From Vicugna vicugna (taxonomy: Eukaryota), in the NCBI GenBank assembly GCA_013265495.1, contig MU058824.1:4429111-4493110 (forward strand): a stretch of DNA of 64,000 nt, written 5' to 3'. This document shows positions 23,901 to 37,249 of the stretch, one piece after another (positions within the stretch are counted from its first letter, which is position 1; every line of letters starts with the position of its first letter). A program made the position numbers and the translations under genes. The notes beneath the pieces were generated by a model. It ran no database searches. It saw only the letters and a program-made list of their open reading frames with translations, and was not told the origin of the DNA.

Positions 23901-26164
23901 ATATATATGACCTCAACCTGAAATGGTCCTAAAGGAAAGTCCCATCTTTTGTGCTAATGTTGTCATACACTTTACTTCCACACACTTTCTATTATTTGGT
24001 TTTAAATAGTCCATTATTCAAGCAAGAGATTATAAAATGAAAAATAATGTGTTTTATATTTACCCACATGTTAAGCATTTCTGATGCTCTTCATTCCTTT
24101 ATGTAGATTCAAATTTCTCTCTGGTATCTAAAGGAAGAGAAACATTTTGATTAAAAATATGGTAAGTTTTGCTGATTTTAATTAACTAGGACCCCATATA
24201 TTGTTTTTTGGAATTTATGCATAGTAAACTCAAGTTAACTTTTAATGAAAATAATTTTTCTGGGTTTGTTTTGCCTAAACACATTTTATTATCATGAATT
24301 GACCTATCTTGATAAGGGATAGGTCCATTTTGAATTATTAAAGTAAGACTTTATGATACCTGGCTTCATATGTATATGAAGTGGGTCAATTTTTTTGAAT
24401 ATTAATTAATATCTTTTTTATTCCCAGTAATTCCTTGGCTAGAACTAAGCATGAGAGTAAGGCATTCATTTCTTCAGGGATGATGATTAGAGTAGAAAAG
24501 CAGACAAAGAGGCTATTTCTAGCTTTTTGGTTTTAAAAACAAGACATTTGAAATTCCAAGCAGAGACAGTGGTTTTAAGAGTAAGCTTTTGAGATCTCAG
24601 AACCTAGCCCAAAAGGCTGAGGGTATAAAATCTTTGTCTGAACAACAGACTTGTGAGAATACCGGACACAATCCCCCCACCCCCACCAGTCCCCACCAAC
24701 CTCACTCACTCTGATTGGGAGGAGGAGGGCCACAGGAGCAGCAGGGCTCCTTGAGGGAGGCTGCAGTGGGGTGGGACACAGAAGCCCGAAAGGCCTGAGA
24801 ATATGAGATAAGAGGGGACCTGGACCTCATTTCCCATGGAGCTCAGGGACGTGACACACCTCACAAAGTTCCCTTACACTCAGCATGATGGGAGAGTAGA
24901 GGAGAAACAGTTGCAAGTATGTCCTGTTTCTTGCTCCCCACCTATACTGCCACAGGAGAGGAGCTGAATGTGCAATTTGAGAGGGGCAAATCAGAAGTTA
25001 AGAGAGAGCTGAGAGCCTGAAAAGGCCTCAAGATCAGAATAAGGCTCTAGCTGTTATTTGCATGGTCTATACAACTGGACACCAGATGAGGACGCAGGTG
25101 TCAACAGGGATTGATGATAACAACTGAGGACCAGATGTCCTGCCTTCTTCCCAGTCCCCATTGATGGGTTTGGCTCTATATTTTCCTCTTAAAACTAGGG
25201 AGGAGGTTGGGGATAGGCATTGACTAAGCTGAGATCCCAATGCATTGACTGAGATTAAATTTCAGTCATTTAGCAGGAAGGGGACTTGCAGAGACAAGTA
25301 GGTGTCTATCAGAGATTTGTGTAGCCCTTCTAGAAGTTGGTGCTTGGAAGCAACTGCCCAGACAAAGCAAACATCTTCTAACTGCTGTCATGTTTGCTAT
25401 AAACTTGTTAACTGGGAGTATGGCCTCGGAAAAGAAAGGAATCCCATACCCTGGCGCAAAATTGGTGTATCTGACATCTTCATTGGCCCTTATGTTGAGA
25501 TCTCATGAGGAAGAGAAGCTCTCTGCCAAGGCAGCCAACACCAACACATAAAATTTTGCCTTGTGACCTCAATTTGTGATGCTGGTACAATAGCCTTCCA
25601 GCCTCCAGTGAGCCCTCTCACAACATGAGCCTGTGAGTATGAAATTGTCCCCATTCTCTACTCTCTTTGCTTGTTTATTTCAGTAATTTTCAAACTTAAA
25701 AAATATTATTTTTATTTTTTAGCAGTGTAATCCTTTTTCCAACAATCTTACAGAGTCCTGCCACCATATAAAATTTTTAAAAGCTGTGTTTTATAGCTAC
25801 TTTTATAAGTTTAAATTTATTTATTTATTTATTTATTTATAAGTTTAAATTTATAATAACAATTCAAAAGTAATAATTGAGAATTCAGATAATAAGTGAG
25901 ATTTTGATGAACATGAAAATTTGAAATCTGGAATTATGGATAATTATAGTCACACTAGTTTCAGCTTCTATTCTGTATTTTGTTTGGTTGCCTGTTGTAG
26001 AGAAAATCCTGATTCATACAGACGAGTAGTTTGCAAAAGGGTGACGGTTTTTGAACTAGCCCACCTTGCAATCTCAGACTATTCTTTATTAAAATTAAAA
26101 TAGTACCTTGGGAAAAGAAGTACTGAGACATTATTTCAATATCAATTCATGATACTGAATTATG

Positions 26165-26820
26165 TTATGTCCATACCAAAACCTGCACATGCAGATTTAT
26201 ACCGGCTTTGTTCATAACTGCCAAAATTTGGAAGCAACCAAGATGTCCTTCAGTAGCTAAGTAGGTAAATAAACTATGGTACATCCAGATTGTAGAACAG
26301 TATTCAGCACTACAAAGAAATGAGCTACTGAGCCATGAAAAGACATGGAGGGAACTTAAAAGTATATTACTAAGTAAAAGAAGCCAATCTGAAAAGGTTA
26401 TGTACCACATGATTCCAAACATATGACATTCTGAAAAAAGCAAAATGATGGAGACAATTAAAAGACTAGGGGTTGTGAGGGGTTCAAGGAGAGGGAGGAA
26501 TGAAGAGGCAGAGCACAGAGGAGTTTCAGGGCAGTAAAACTATTCTGTACAAAACTATAATGCTGGATACAGGTCATACATTTGTCCAAACCCATAGAAT
26601 GTAGGACACTAAGAGTCAGCCCTCAACTATGAACTCAGGGTGATGATGTGTCCACGTAGATTCACCGATTGTAACAAAGATACCATTCTGCTGCTGGATG
26701 TTGGTAGTAGGAGAGATTGTGCATATGTGGGGACTGGATATATGGGAACATTTTGTACTTTCTGCTCAGTTTTGCTGTGAACTTAAAACTGCTCTAAAAA
26801 ACAAACTGTATTCATGTAAA
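26165..26820 (+). mobile_element. Old L1 (L1MB/L1MC-like) 3' end
   Basis: TGGAAGCAACCAAGATGTCCTTCAGTAG...GAAGCCAATCTGAAAAGG...TTTTGCTGTGAACTTAAAACTGCTCTAAAAA, typical of L1M 3' ends. Confidence 0.8.
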
Positions 26821-27375
26821 AAATGCCAGTTAGATATTAAAAGTAAGGAAAAAATACTGATTCACTAACAAGATTGAATAACTGCTCAAATTCCTTATCA
26901 GAAGTGTAGTCAGAGAAGTAACATCCCAAATTTATGGCTATTTATGGTCCCAATACTATTTATAGTGTGACATTATTATGGTGTGACAAGTTATGTGTTC
27001 ACTTGTTATTGTGAAAATGGCTGTGACGCCAGGATGAGAACATGCCCCAAGCAGATGATTCTGAGCCTCGCCTGACACTTAATTGAGAACAGCGCACATT
27101 TGTACTCCCTGGTACAATTACATGTGGGCCAATGAACGTAGGCCTAGATTAGAGAAAAGATCAATGCAGAACTATACTTTTTCTAATCAAGGACATGTTG
27201 AAAGAAGATAAAATAAATGTGCAGAGATGGTAGGAAAAGATCTATCCTGAGATTTACGCAAAAGGAGTCAACTCAACAGCATACACGCTTAGGTGGTAGT
27301 AGCCTCTAATGTGTCTAGAGTCAAAATGTAGGTTTGTGTGTGTCTATGGTCTTATTACATAATATAAATTATTTA

Positions 27376-27380
27376 GTGTG

Positions 27381-27414
<34 letters not shown>

Positions 27415-27451
27415 TATACATATACACACACACACACACACACACATATAC
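27376..27451. repeat. Compound (AT)n(AC)n microsatellite
   Basis: Directly visible. Confidence 0.93.
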
Positions 27452-28804
27452 AAAGAAGCTCAAATCAGATACTTGCAGAACCCGACAAAACTCCATTTGG
27501 GAGCTATTTGATTCCTATTTCATTAGACGATATTATTCAAGAGGTTTGTACAATTAATGTTTGAACATGCCTCTTTTAATTCTGGTACCCTTTCTCTTCC
27601 AAAATAATGACTCACTCTCTCTTCCACAGCTGGAATAAACATGTCATTCTGTTCTCTTGTTTTTGTCCTTTGTAATCATGGTGGCGTTTTATGTTTAATT
27701 CTAATCCATCCTAAGTTTATAGCAGTATGTGGTGTGATGTATGGATCAAAGCAAACCCTCATTCAATTGAATGTTGCTGCTGTTCCACTATTTATTAAAA
27801 AGTGGTTCCTCTTTCATGCTATTAATTTTTATCTTACATATGTGTATTAAATTCTTATAGTTGGGATTAATTTTCTGATACCTCTAATACCATTGATTTT
27901 ACAAAACTTTTTAAAAAAGTCAATGATACATCATTCAGTAATTGTTACTTTGTAGTAAGTTCAAATCTGGTAGGAAAATCTAATATCATTACCTTCAAAA
28001 GATCTTTGTATTGTTCAATTATTCTTCACTAGCAACTTATGTAGCTCAGTAGAGTCTTTAGCGGGGCGGAGATTTAAAAACACTTGTTTCCAAGCTCAAG
28101 TCTCCTTACTGGTCATTTTAATTTTATTTATTTTCTCAAGCCTTTGGTCAATCACTCTGCCTTCCTTTATACTCCTGTAAGACTCATCATTTTTTTCTTG
28201 ATGCTGTCTGTCATGTCTGGAGTTATATTTGTTTCCAATTCTTTGATACTTGTTTCTACTGTAAATAGGAGAGTATTCCTGTTTTTTGTTTGTTTATTTT
28301 GTTTTGCTTTTTGCTGTATATTGATGGTGTGTAGGAATACAATTGCTTTTTGAGAAGTTATTTCTATCTCAAACTTTTCTGAATTCATATTACTACAATA
28401 TTTTTCTGGTTAATTTTTAGAAATACAATCATTGTGTTTTCTGTAAAATCTGATATCTATTTCTTACTCTGCTATGTGTATACCTCTTATTTTGCACTTG
28501 ACCACAATTTTTTATTTATTTGCACTTGACTGCACTTTAGAGCTATTTGAAGTGGGAATGGCTTGTTTCCAGTCGAGCATGGAAGAAGATTGGAGTCTCC
28601 ACTCTGTACTAACAGGTAAAAAACTGAACAAACTGAGAAATCAACAATTCTTCTTAGATCCACAAGAGAATTCAGGTCACAGGGCAAACTGCTATCCCTC
28701 AAATTAGAACAGCCTCAGTTGCTGATGCTGGAGGACTTGGCACACGCTGGAGTTGCTTCCCTGCCTCTCGCTTCAGCCCCTCAGTCATGGTCCTAAGTCT
28801 TGGA

Positions 28805-28975
28805 GAGCCTGCTCCTCCAAGTGTGGTCCACGGACCAGCAGCATAGGCATCTCCTGGGAACTCATCGGAGATACATAATCTCCAACCCCACCTCAGACTC
28901 ACTGAATCCAAATCTGCATTTTCACAACATCCTCAGGTGACTCAGGAGCACACTAAAGGTAGAGGATCACTGATC
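28805..28975. mobile_element. MER5-family hAT element
   Basis: AAGTGTGGTCCACGGACCAGCAGCAT...CTGCATTTTCACAACATCCTCAGGTGA. Confidence 0.7.
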
Positions 28976-31006
28976 TAAGAAGCTTGCAGAAATGTCCACC
29001 AGATGGCGGGTTTGCAGCAGGCATAGGTATCCAGAGCCACAATCAGCCAAGTCTCTTTCAAATAATGTCCTATGTGGCCTTAGAAGTTTGGAGCCACTGC
29101 TCACGATCTATGGAGGGCATGGGTTGGGGAGAGAGCCCAGAGGAGACACCTAATAAATGACCTGCAGGTTGTGGGCTGTAAGTCATGAATTCTTCCTCTC
29201 TGGGCTTTCCCCAGGTGTTTTCATGTGCACTGTCTATTGAGAAGGATGGGGCATAAGTTCTTACTGTACAGACAAAAGAATTGAGGCCCAGAGAAGGAAA
29301 GAAACTTAGCCAAATGCTCAGCAGTGGCAAACAGTATCGAAGGCAGAATTGGAAAGCAGGTCTCTGACTGCCTGGCCTGGGCTGAGAGACTTCTAGGGGG
29401 ACAAGGAAGGGTGGCTAAGCCCTAGTCTATGCTGAGCTGGGTGGCCTGCCTACCCCACCCTCCCCCCAGGAATATTCTGTCTCAGTATTCAATAAGGGAT
29501 ATTCTACCCTCCTAGGGATTTCCCAGAGTCAGGAAGCCTTAACTAGGGCCCAGAAAATGGTAGACAATTGTTGGTTGCCCTCCCAGGACTGACTGCTCCT
29601 CTAGCCCTTTCTTAACAACTCCAGACTTTCCTTTGTATAGCAGCCACAGACTTAGGTGAGACTGACCCAATCTTCTTTTTCAGAGGAAGGCCTTGCTGCT
29701 TTGAGTCCCACCTGCAATTGGGACTGATTTGTGATTTGCATCAGTCCAGTCAGAGCAAACCTCAGGACACTTGTTCTCTGGTTGGGGGAAACTAGTAGTT
29801 TCTACCCCATAAGTGAATGGGGAAAGTGCAAGCCCAGGGCCGATGGCAGCCTTCTTGTGCCCGTGCAAAGAGTCAGCCTGAGAAAAAAGCTGATACGTGG
29901 AAGAGCAAAGTATAAAGAGAATCTCAGAGCGAAAGAATTGGAGCCTGATTAACATGCCTGAGGCTAGTCCCACTACTTTTGAATAAACCCACATTATTCT
30001 TAAAGCAGTTTGAGTAGAATTTTCTCTTTCATGTAATGGAAGGTCTCCTCCCTGTTACAGCCTCCAAACTCCATGCTTTTATGGCTGCTCCTGACCACCC
30101 ATGAGTTCAACCCGCAGACCCCAGCCCATCACACCTGTGGGAAGCAACTCTTACTAATGGCTAAAGGTAGCTGTTGAATTGAGGATTATTTATAAGCTTT
30201 TGCCTTCCCCCAAACATTTTTTGGGTTTCCTTATGGTCTGGACTCTCCTGTGGGAGTGTTTGGTGGTGTTAGTGCTGTGAGTCACGTAGCTCGAGTAGGG
30301 AAGAAGAGACTGACAGGTGCTGCCTCCCAGACATGCAGCACTGTACCACCGCGTGATTGGAGCCATGGTCTGGGGAGGAGAATGCAAACATCTCTCTGTG
30401 CTTCCTCGCTGGGCAAGGTAAGAGACTTCTTTTCCTGGTTGTAAGACTTGAGGAGAATTCCTGTCATGGAGCTACCGGGCAACACACTGTGATGGTGTGG
30501 ATGATGCTTTTCACACTCTTCTTACCAAACACAGGCCTCTAGGATAATATAAAAAAGCAGGTACAGTAATCAACAGTTCTACATGGGATCGAACAGTATA
30601 CTCCAAGAGCCCAGTTCTACTAAAACCAGGTTCTATAACTGTCTCAATTTTGCACACATCAATGACTCTTCACCACAGATTGCACCAGCTTCTGGTGGCA
30701 AAGGATCTAAGATTTCATTGGCATAAAGTAGCCATGATTTGATGATGTCACTGTGGTTATGCATGAAGCCAATAACTAGCCAGTATTTCTAGAAATGTGA
30801 AGCTCTTTCCTTCTAGCTTCTTAGATAGAAGCTTCCATTGCCTATGGAACAAGGGTGATGGGACCAGTTTATTTTTCAGTCGTAGTCACATGGTCCACGA
30901 CATGAACCTTAGGGAGACTCCCTTCTCTACTCTCGTTATCATTTCCCCATGAGTACAAAGAGGAGTTTGGAGATCACGTGTTCTGGCAGCCTGGGATCTG
31001 TGACTG

Positions 31007-31465
31007 TCACTCAGTGAGGTTTTTCTGAAGTACAGGCTCTTCATAGCAGCCTTCACATCTTTGTTCCTGAGGCTGTAGATAATGGGGTTGAGCATGGAGG
31101 TCACCACCCCAAAGAAGAGGGAGGTGAGCTTCTCTGAAACATACTAATTATCTATCCCCAGTGGGTCCTTAGACTTGGCCCTAGCATACATTTAGACAAT
31201 AATGGTCCCATGGAAGACGACCACAACTGTGAGGTGGGCAAAGCAGGTGGAGAAGGCCTTTTTCCTCCCTTCTTCTAAGGGGATCTTCAGGATAGTAGCG
31301 ATGATGAACACATAGGAGACAAAGATGAACAGAACTGGGATGCCCAGGAAAATAATAGTTGTTATCCCATACTGATCACACTGATGGAGATGTCAGCGCT
31401 GGCCAGCTTCAGGACAGCCAGGATCTCACAGGTGTAGTGATTGATGACATTGTCCCCACAGAAGG
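31007..31465 (-). pseudogene. OR2S2/OR13C7-like olfactory receptor pseudogene, 3' half only
   Basis: Translates [21 protein letters not shown]...[13 protein letters not shown]...[16 protein letters not shown] with two in-frame stops (TAA, TAG) and at least two 1-nt frameshifts. Similarity ends abruptly at ~31465. Confidence 0.93.
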
Positions 31466-33744
31466 TGACATCCAATCAGGTTCTTGACGGAGGCTGAAGG
31501 CTGGACTTGGTTGGGCAGATGTGTTACCAAGGATGGCTGCATTCTAAGGTACTTATCATCCCCCCAAGCTGCAGTGCTGTTCTGGCCAGTTTGGCCCAAT
31601 GCTCTGGGAAATCTGGCTGTGTTAACAGCCACCATTTCAGCCTCCAGAGAGCCCCATGGGCATGTCTGTCCAGCCCCCTGGGTGGCTTCTCATACTGTTG
31701 CCACTGAAATGAGGCTAACGCCTTATCCCTGACTTTGAAGGCCTCAGCCTTGGAAACTGCACCTCCAAACATCTTATCTACTTGAATTTTTCTTTGTATA
31801 TCCAACTTGTGACTATCCAATGTTTGCTTGGTTCCATCCACCAATGAAGATCTCGTTACCTTTTTAGGAAGCTGACTCTAGCTTTATACATCTTTAACCA
31901 TCTGAAAAAACACGATGTGATATAGTGATTACTCTCCAATGGTGGGGAAGAAGTCTCATGTCTCTTGAACCAAATCACTATATTTTTAGCCATTAATCCT
32001 AGTTCTGCTCTTTGGGGACACATAGAGCATGTCACCCCTTTCTGCCCCATAAGAGTTCATCAGAGATCCAAGGATAATGACTCCTTACTTCTCCTCTTTT
32101 CCTGAGTCACACCCCGGGCCACGTAAATCCAAATGTCTGTGATAGAATCCAGGCATGAGGACTTGTTAAAGCTCCCCAGATGGTTTCAATGTCCAACCGA
32201 GGTTGAGAACACTATCCTAACTTTGCCTTCCCAGGTATTCCATCCTGCTGTTATGATCCTTTTTAAAACAGACAAACAACTGAAAAGCATTCTTTGGAGA
32301 TTTTTGCAATTTCTTCCTAGACATTTGCTTGATCAAGAGATTTTCCCAGAATAAGCAATGTCCACTAACGGATTTTGAGGACAAGCCATCCTCAACTTCC
32401 TTGGGCTTTTCTGAGGCCCTATGACCAGCCGTGTTATCCTCTCCATCCCTAAATGCAAAGGTCAGGCCAGATAACTGAATGCCTGTCTCTCTGACCTTTC
32501 GCCCCAACACACAGGTGGGGTCTGCAGGAACGCTGTCTGGGGCCCCGTGCCTCCAAGGTCAGGGTTCCTCTCTGACACAGGAGTTGGATGTCACGAATCC
32601 CCTTGAACAGTACTTCTTGAGGAAGGAAATCATTTGATTTATTCATGAGGAGGATCATGGTTCCAACCTTCCCTTTCCCGTCGTAAGAATAAAGATGAGG
32701 AATGCTTCCCTGTGGGATCACTTAAGCCCAATTAATTTGGTTTGGAAGAAATTCATGTTTGGAAAGGTTTTCCAAAAGATTTTCTTCCAACGGATGTGCA
32801 AAAATAGACACAGAATCAATCATGGGGTGAACGCCACCTGCTTATTCAGGACTTCCTAAAACACACCACATTGGCCATCCTTCAGTTGTGGCTTTCATTA
32901 TGCTGACAGACAACTGTAGACCCAGGCCTGGGAGGGGCCTGAGGGTCTAACCAGGCCAACCTCCCCACCCTGAACTCCAAAGCATGCAGGCCCATAGCTC
33001 CCTTGATCATGGCCTCTGGCCTCAGCTGGAATACTTGAGGGAAGCAGGCTCTCTGCCTGCTGGGGAGGTTCATTTCATTTTAAGGTAGTTCCTATGGTTA
33101 GAAAATTCTGCCTCCCTGCAACTTCCACACCGCTCTGCCTTCTGCAGACCTCAAACAAAGTTAGTTCCTCTTCTCCACAGCCTCCAAATATTCAGAAATC
33201 AGTTGGTTTCGGCATTAAGATGATAGAGAATCAACCTTGTTAGTCTTATAGCAACCAAAAGGAAAGTCATAGAGTTGAGAGGAATTGTCCACAATTCCTG
33301 AGTAATCTTGAGATGTCTTTCAGGCTACTGTGTCCCACCAAGAGGGGCTGCGTGGCATTCAGCACTTGCCGTGCCCCTGAAATCACCTCTTTTCCCCTCT
33401 TTTGAGCCCTATTCCACTGAACAATCAAATCTATTCTTAGAATGAGCTTGTGCTAATGAGAATCTAAGTCCTTTTATCCAAACCTTCACTTACTTTTATC
33501 AGAAACATGATGTGAAAGAGTGATCAGTCTCCTAATGGTGGGGAATAGGCCTCATGTCAGAAATAGTCACAGTGGATCCAAAGCACCAGGGGCAGGAAGA
33601 GGGGGGTGACTGTCAGTCCCTGTGATGGGTCTTCACCCATCCAGGACTCCCTACTCCACTTGCCTTGGTGTTCCTGAAACGACCTCCAAAGAACTGGCCG
33701 TTGCCTATAGAAGGTAACTTGAGTCTCAGTTTATTCTGGGGCCC

Positions 33745-33845
33745 AACTTAGTCCCTAAAATCATTTAAAGTTTGGAAAGTGAAGTGTACTTAGTTTAGAA
33801 ACTTTGTGTTCTTCTGGGATAACATCCCCATGATCCAATTATGCT
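33745..33845 (-). promoter_or_regulatory. Putative OR promoter cassette A (homeodomain TAATTGG + O/E-like sites), paired with the 31 kb pseudogene
   Basis: Aligns by eye with 47440-47540; contains CCAATTA (33835-33841), TCCCCATGA and TTTAAAGTTTGG. Confidence 0.6.
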
Positions 33846-34419
33846 AAAGGCACTGGAGGAGGTTTTCTGCTTGTTGCCTTCCTTCTTCCTTTCCATGTTC
33901 TCCTCTCCTTTCTTTGCTCAACATATTCCTATGAAGACATCACCCAGAGCCCAGAGCCTGCTGGTCAGTCATTCCACAGCTCACTTAGCCCCCAGGTCCT
34001 TTCCCCTCAGCTGCTGCTGAGCTCTGTCATCCCCAGCCTGGACTCTGCAGTGGTTTGAGGGGGGAGATTCAGAATTTGATTTTAGGATGTCTACTCATCT
34101 CTAGAGTGGTTAGGCTCCGTGAAGCAACATGCTGTGTTCTTTTTGGATCCTCACTCTACTTCTAGTAAGTCACTGTCCTTTCAGCTTCCTGGTCCTCTGT
34201 GCATGCCCAATTCCTTATCTGAGTCGCCGACAGGAGCACAACACAGGACAGGAATGGATACAGAGCCCTCAGGCACTCCATGAGAGGACATCACTATGGA
34301 CATTACTTTATTCAGGGTGGAGTGGAAGGCAGATAGATAATAGAAAGGAGTAACACACTGGCTCGGTCTTCAGGGCACTCACCCTCTGTACTGAGAAAGG
34401 TGAGTTAAAAGTTAATTAT

Positions 34420-34572
34420 GGCTCTTCTTGAGCTGGAATATCATCTTCTTCCCCCAGACATCAGAGCTCCTGGTTGTCAGGCCTCCAGACTCTGACTGAT
34501 TTACACCTTGACTTTCCTGGTTCTCTAGCATGAAGATGGCAGATCATGGGACTTCTTGGCCTCTGTAACTTT
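34420..34572 (+). mobile_element. MLT2-like LTR fragment
   Basis: TCTTGAGCTGGAATATC...AGATGGCAGATCATGGGACTTCTTGGCCTC. Confidence 0.6.
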
Positions 34573-34574
34573 TA

Positions 34575-34925
34575 TCAGTACAGTACATTCCACCCAAAAG
34601 CAGCAGAATACACATTCTTCTCAGGTGCATATGGAACTTTCTCCAGGATAGGTCACATATTAGGTCACAAAACAAGTCTTAACAAATTTAAGAAGAATGA
34701 AATCATGCCAAGTATCTTTTCTGACCACCATCAAATGAAACTAGAAATCAATAGCAGAAGTAACACTGAAAAATTCAAATATGTGGAAAAGTAAGCAACA
34801 TACTCGTGAACAACCATTGAGTCAAAGAAGAAATAAAAAAGGAAGCAAGAAAACACCTCAAGACAAACAAAAACAAAATACAGTATACCAAAACTTATGG
34901 AATGCAGCAAAAGCAGTACTAAGAG
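34575..34925 (+). mobile_element. LINE-1 ORF2 fragment (end of the endonuclease domain)
   Basis: FHPKAAEYTFFSGAYGTFSRIGHILGHKTSLNKFK...SIFSDH and YQNLWNAAKAVLR. Confidence 0.88.
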
Positions 34926-34997
34926 ATGTATGGGAGTCTACTGCTTATATTGGACAACAACCAATCTGTGTTTGTGGTTTATTTTAAGGACAACTTA

Positions 34998-37175
34998 TTG
35001 AATCTGTAGATTGCCTTGGGTAGTATGGTCATTTTAACAACAGTAATTCTTCCAATCCATGAACACAGTATATCTTTCCATCTGTTTGTGTTGTCTTCAA
35101 TTTAAGAAAAATTAATGTCTTATAGTTTTCTGAATACAGGTCTTTTACCTCCTTAGGTAAGTTTATTCCTAGGTATTTTATTCTTTTTGATATGATTATA
35201 AATAGGATTGTTTCCTTAATTTCTCTTTCTGATAGTTCATTGTTAGTGTATAGACATGCAACAGATTTCTTTATATTAATTTTATATCCTGAAAATTTAC
35301 TGAACTCATTGATGAGCCGTGGAAGTTTTTTGGTAGCATCTTTAGGATTTTCTATGTATAGTGTCACGTCATCTGCAAACAGTGACAGTTTTACTTATCC
35401 CTTTCCAATTTGGATTCCTTTTATTTCTTTTTCCTCTCTGAGTGCTGTAGCTAGGACTTCTAATACTATGTTGAGTCAAAGTGGAAGAGTGGGCTTCCTT
35501 GTGCTGTTCCTGCTATTAAAGGAAATGCTTTGAATTGAATCTATAGGTTCAATACAGTCCTTATCAAACATTAATGGCATTCTTCACAGAACACTGAATA
35601 ATTTTAAAATTTGCATGGAAACACAAAAGACCCTAAATAGCCAAAACAATCTTGAGAAAGAACAGAGTTGGAGATATCACCCTCCCTGACTTCAGACTAT
35701 ACTAAAAAACTACAGCAATCAAAACAGCATGGTACTAACACAAAAACAGACACATAGGTCAATGGAACAGACTAGGGAGCCTGGAAATAAACCTATGCAC
35801 TTATGGTCAACTAATCTACAACAAAGGAAGCAAAAATATGCAGTGGAGAAAAGACAGTCTCTTCAATAAGTAGTCCTGAGAATACTGGACAGCTGCAGGT
35901 AAAAGAATGAAATTAGAGCCTTTTCTCATACTGTATATAAAAATAAACTAAAAATGGATTAAAGACCTAAATGTAAGACTGGAAACCATAAAACTCCTAG
36001 ACAAAAATATAAGCAGAATGCCCTTTGACATAAATTGTAGCAATACATTTTTGGATCTGTCTCCTAAGTTAAAGGAAACAAAAACAAAAATAAACAAATA
36101 GAACCTAATTAAACTTAAAAGCTTTTGCATAGCAAAGGAAATCATTTACAAAATGATAAGACAAAACCTACTAAATGGGAGAAAATATTTAAATATTTGC
36201 AAATGATATGACTGATAAGGGGTTAATATCCAAAATATATAAACAGCTCATAAAACTCAGTATCAAAAAATGACCCAATTAAAAAATGTGCAGAAGACCT
36301 GAATAGACATTTTTCCAAAGAAGACGTTCAGATGGCCAATAGGCACATGAAAAGATGCTCAACATCACTAATTATCAGAGAAATGCAAATCAAAACCACA
36401 ATGAGATATCACCTCACACTTGTCAGAATGTCTATGATCAAAAAGACCACAATGTTGGCAAGGATGTGGAGAAAACGGAACCCCTGTTGGTGGGTATGTA
36501 AAGTGGTACAGCCACTGTGGAAAATAGTATAAAGATTCCTCAAAAAAACTAAAAACAGGACTACAATACAGTCCAGCAATTCCACTCCTGGGTATATATC
36601 TGAAGAAGACAAAAGCACTAATTAGAAAAGATACATGCATCCCAATGTTCACACCAGCATTATTTACAATAGCCAAGATACGGAAGCAACTAAGTGCCCA
36701 TCAATAGATGAACAGATAAAGAAGATGTGGTATATATATACATAATATACAATGGAATATTAATCATAAAAAAGAATGAAAATTTACTATTTGCAACAAC
36801 ATGGATGGACTATGCTCAGTGAAATAAATCACAAAGAAAGACAAATATTATATCTTATCACTTATATGTGGAATCTAAAAAATAAAACAAACTAGTGAAT
36901 ATAATAAAAAAGAAACAGACTCACAGATACAGAAAACAAAGTGGTTATCAGTGGGGAGAGGAAAGAAGAGAGGGGTAGGGGATTAAAAGGTACAAACAAC
37001 TAGGTATAAAATAAATAAGCTACAAAAATACATTGTACAGCACAGGGAATATAGCCAATATTTTGTAAGTATAAATGGAGTATAATCTTTTAACTTGTGA
37101 ATTACTATGCTGTACACCTGAAATTTATATAATATTGTAAATCAACTATACCTCAATAAAAATAAAATAAAATAA
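34998..37175 (+). mobile_element. 5'-inverted (twin-primed) LINE-1: antisense ~34998-35533, sense ~35534-37175
   Basis: ORF2 peptide fragments on both strands, an (AAAAT)n tail, and a 17-bp near-identical TSD at 34981-34997 and 37176-37192. Confidence 0.92.
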
Positions 37176-37249
37176 ATTTTAAGGGCAATTTAACATCTTT
37201 TTCTCAGTTACAATAGTGGCTATTATGCAGTGTGATGCCAATGGGCTGG

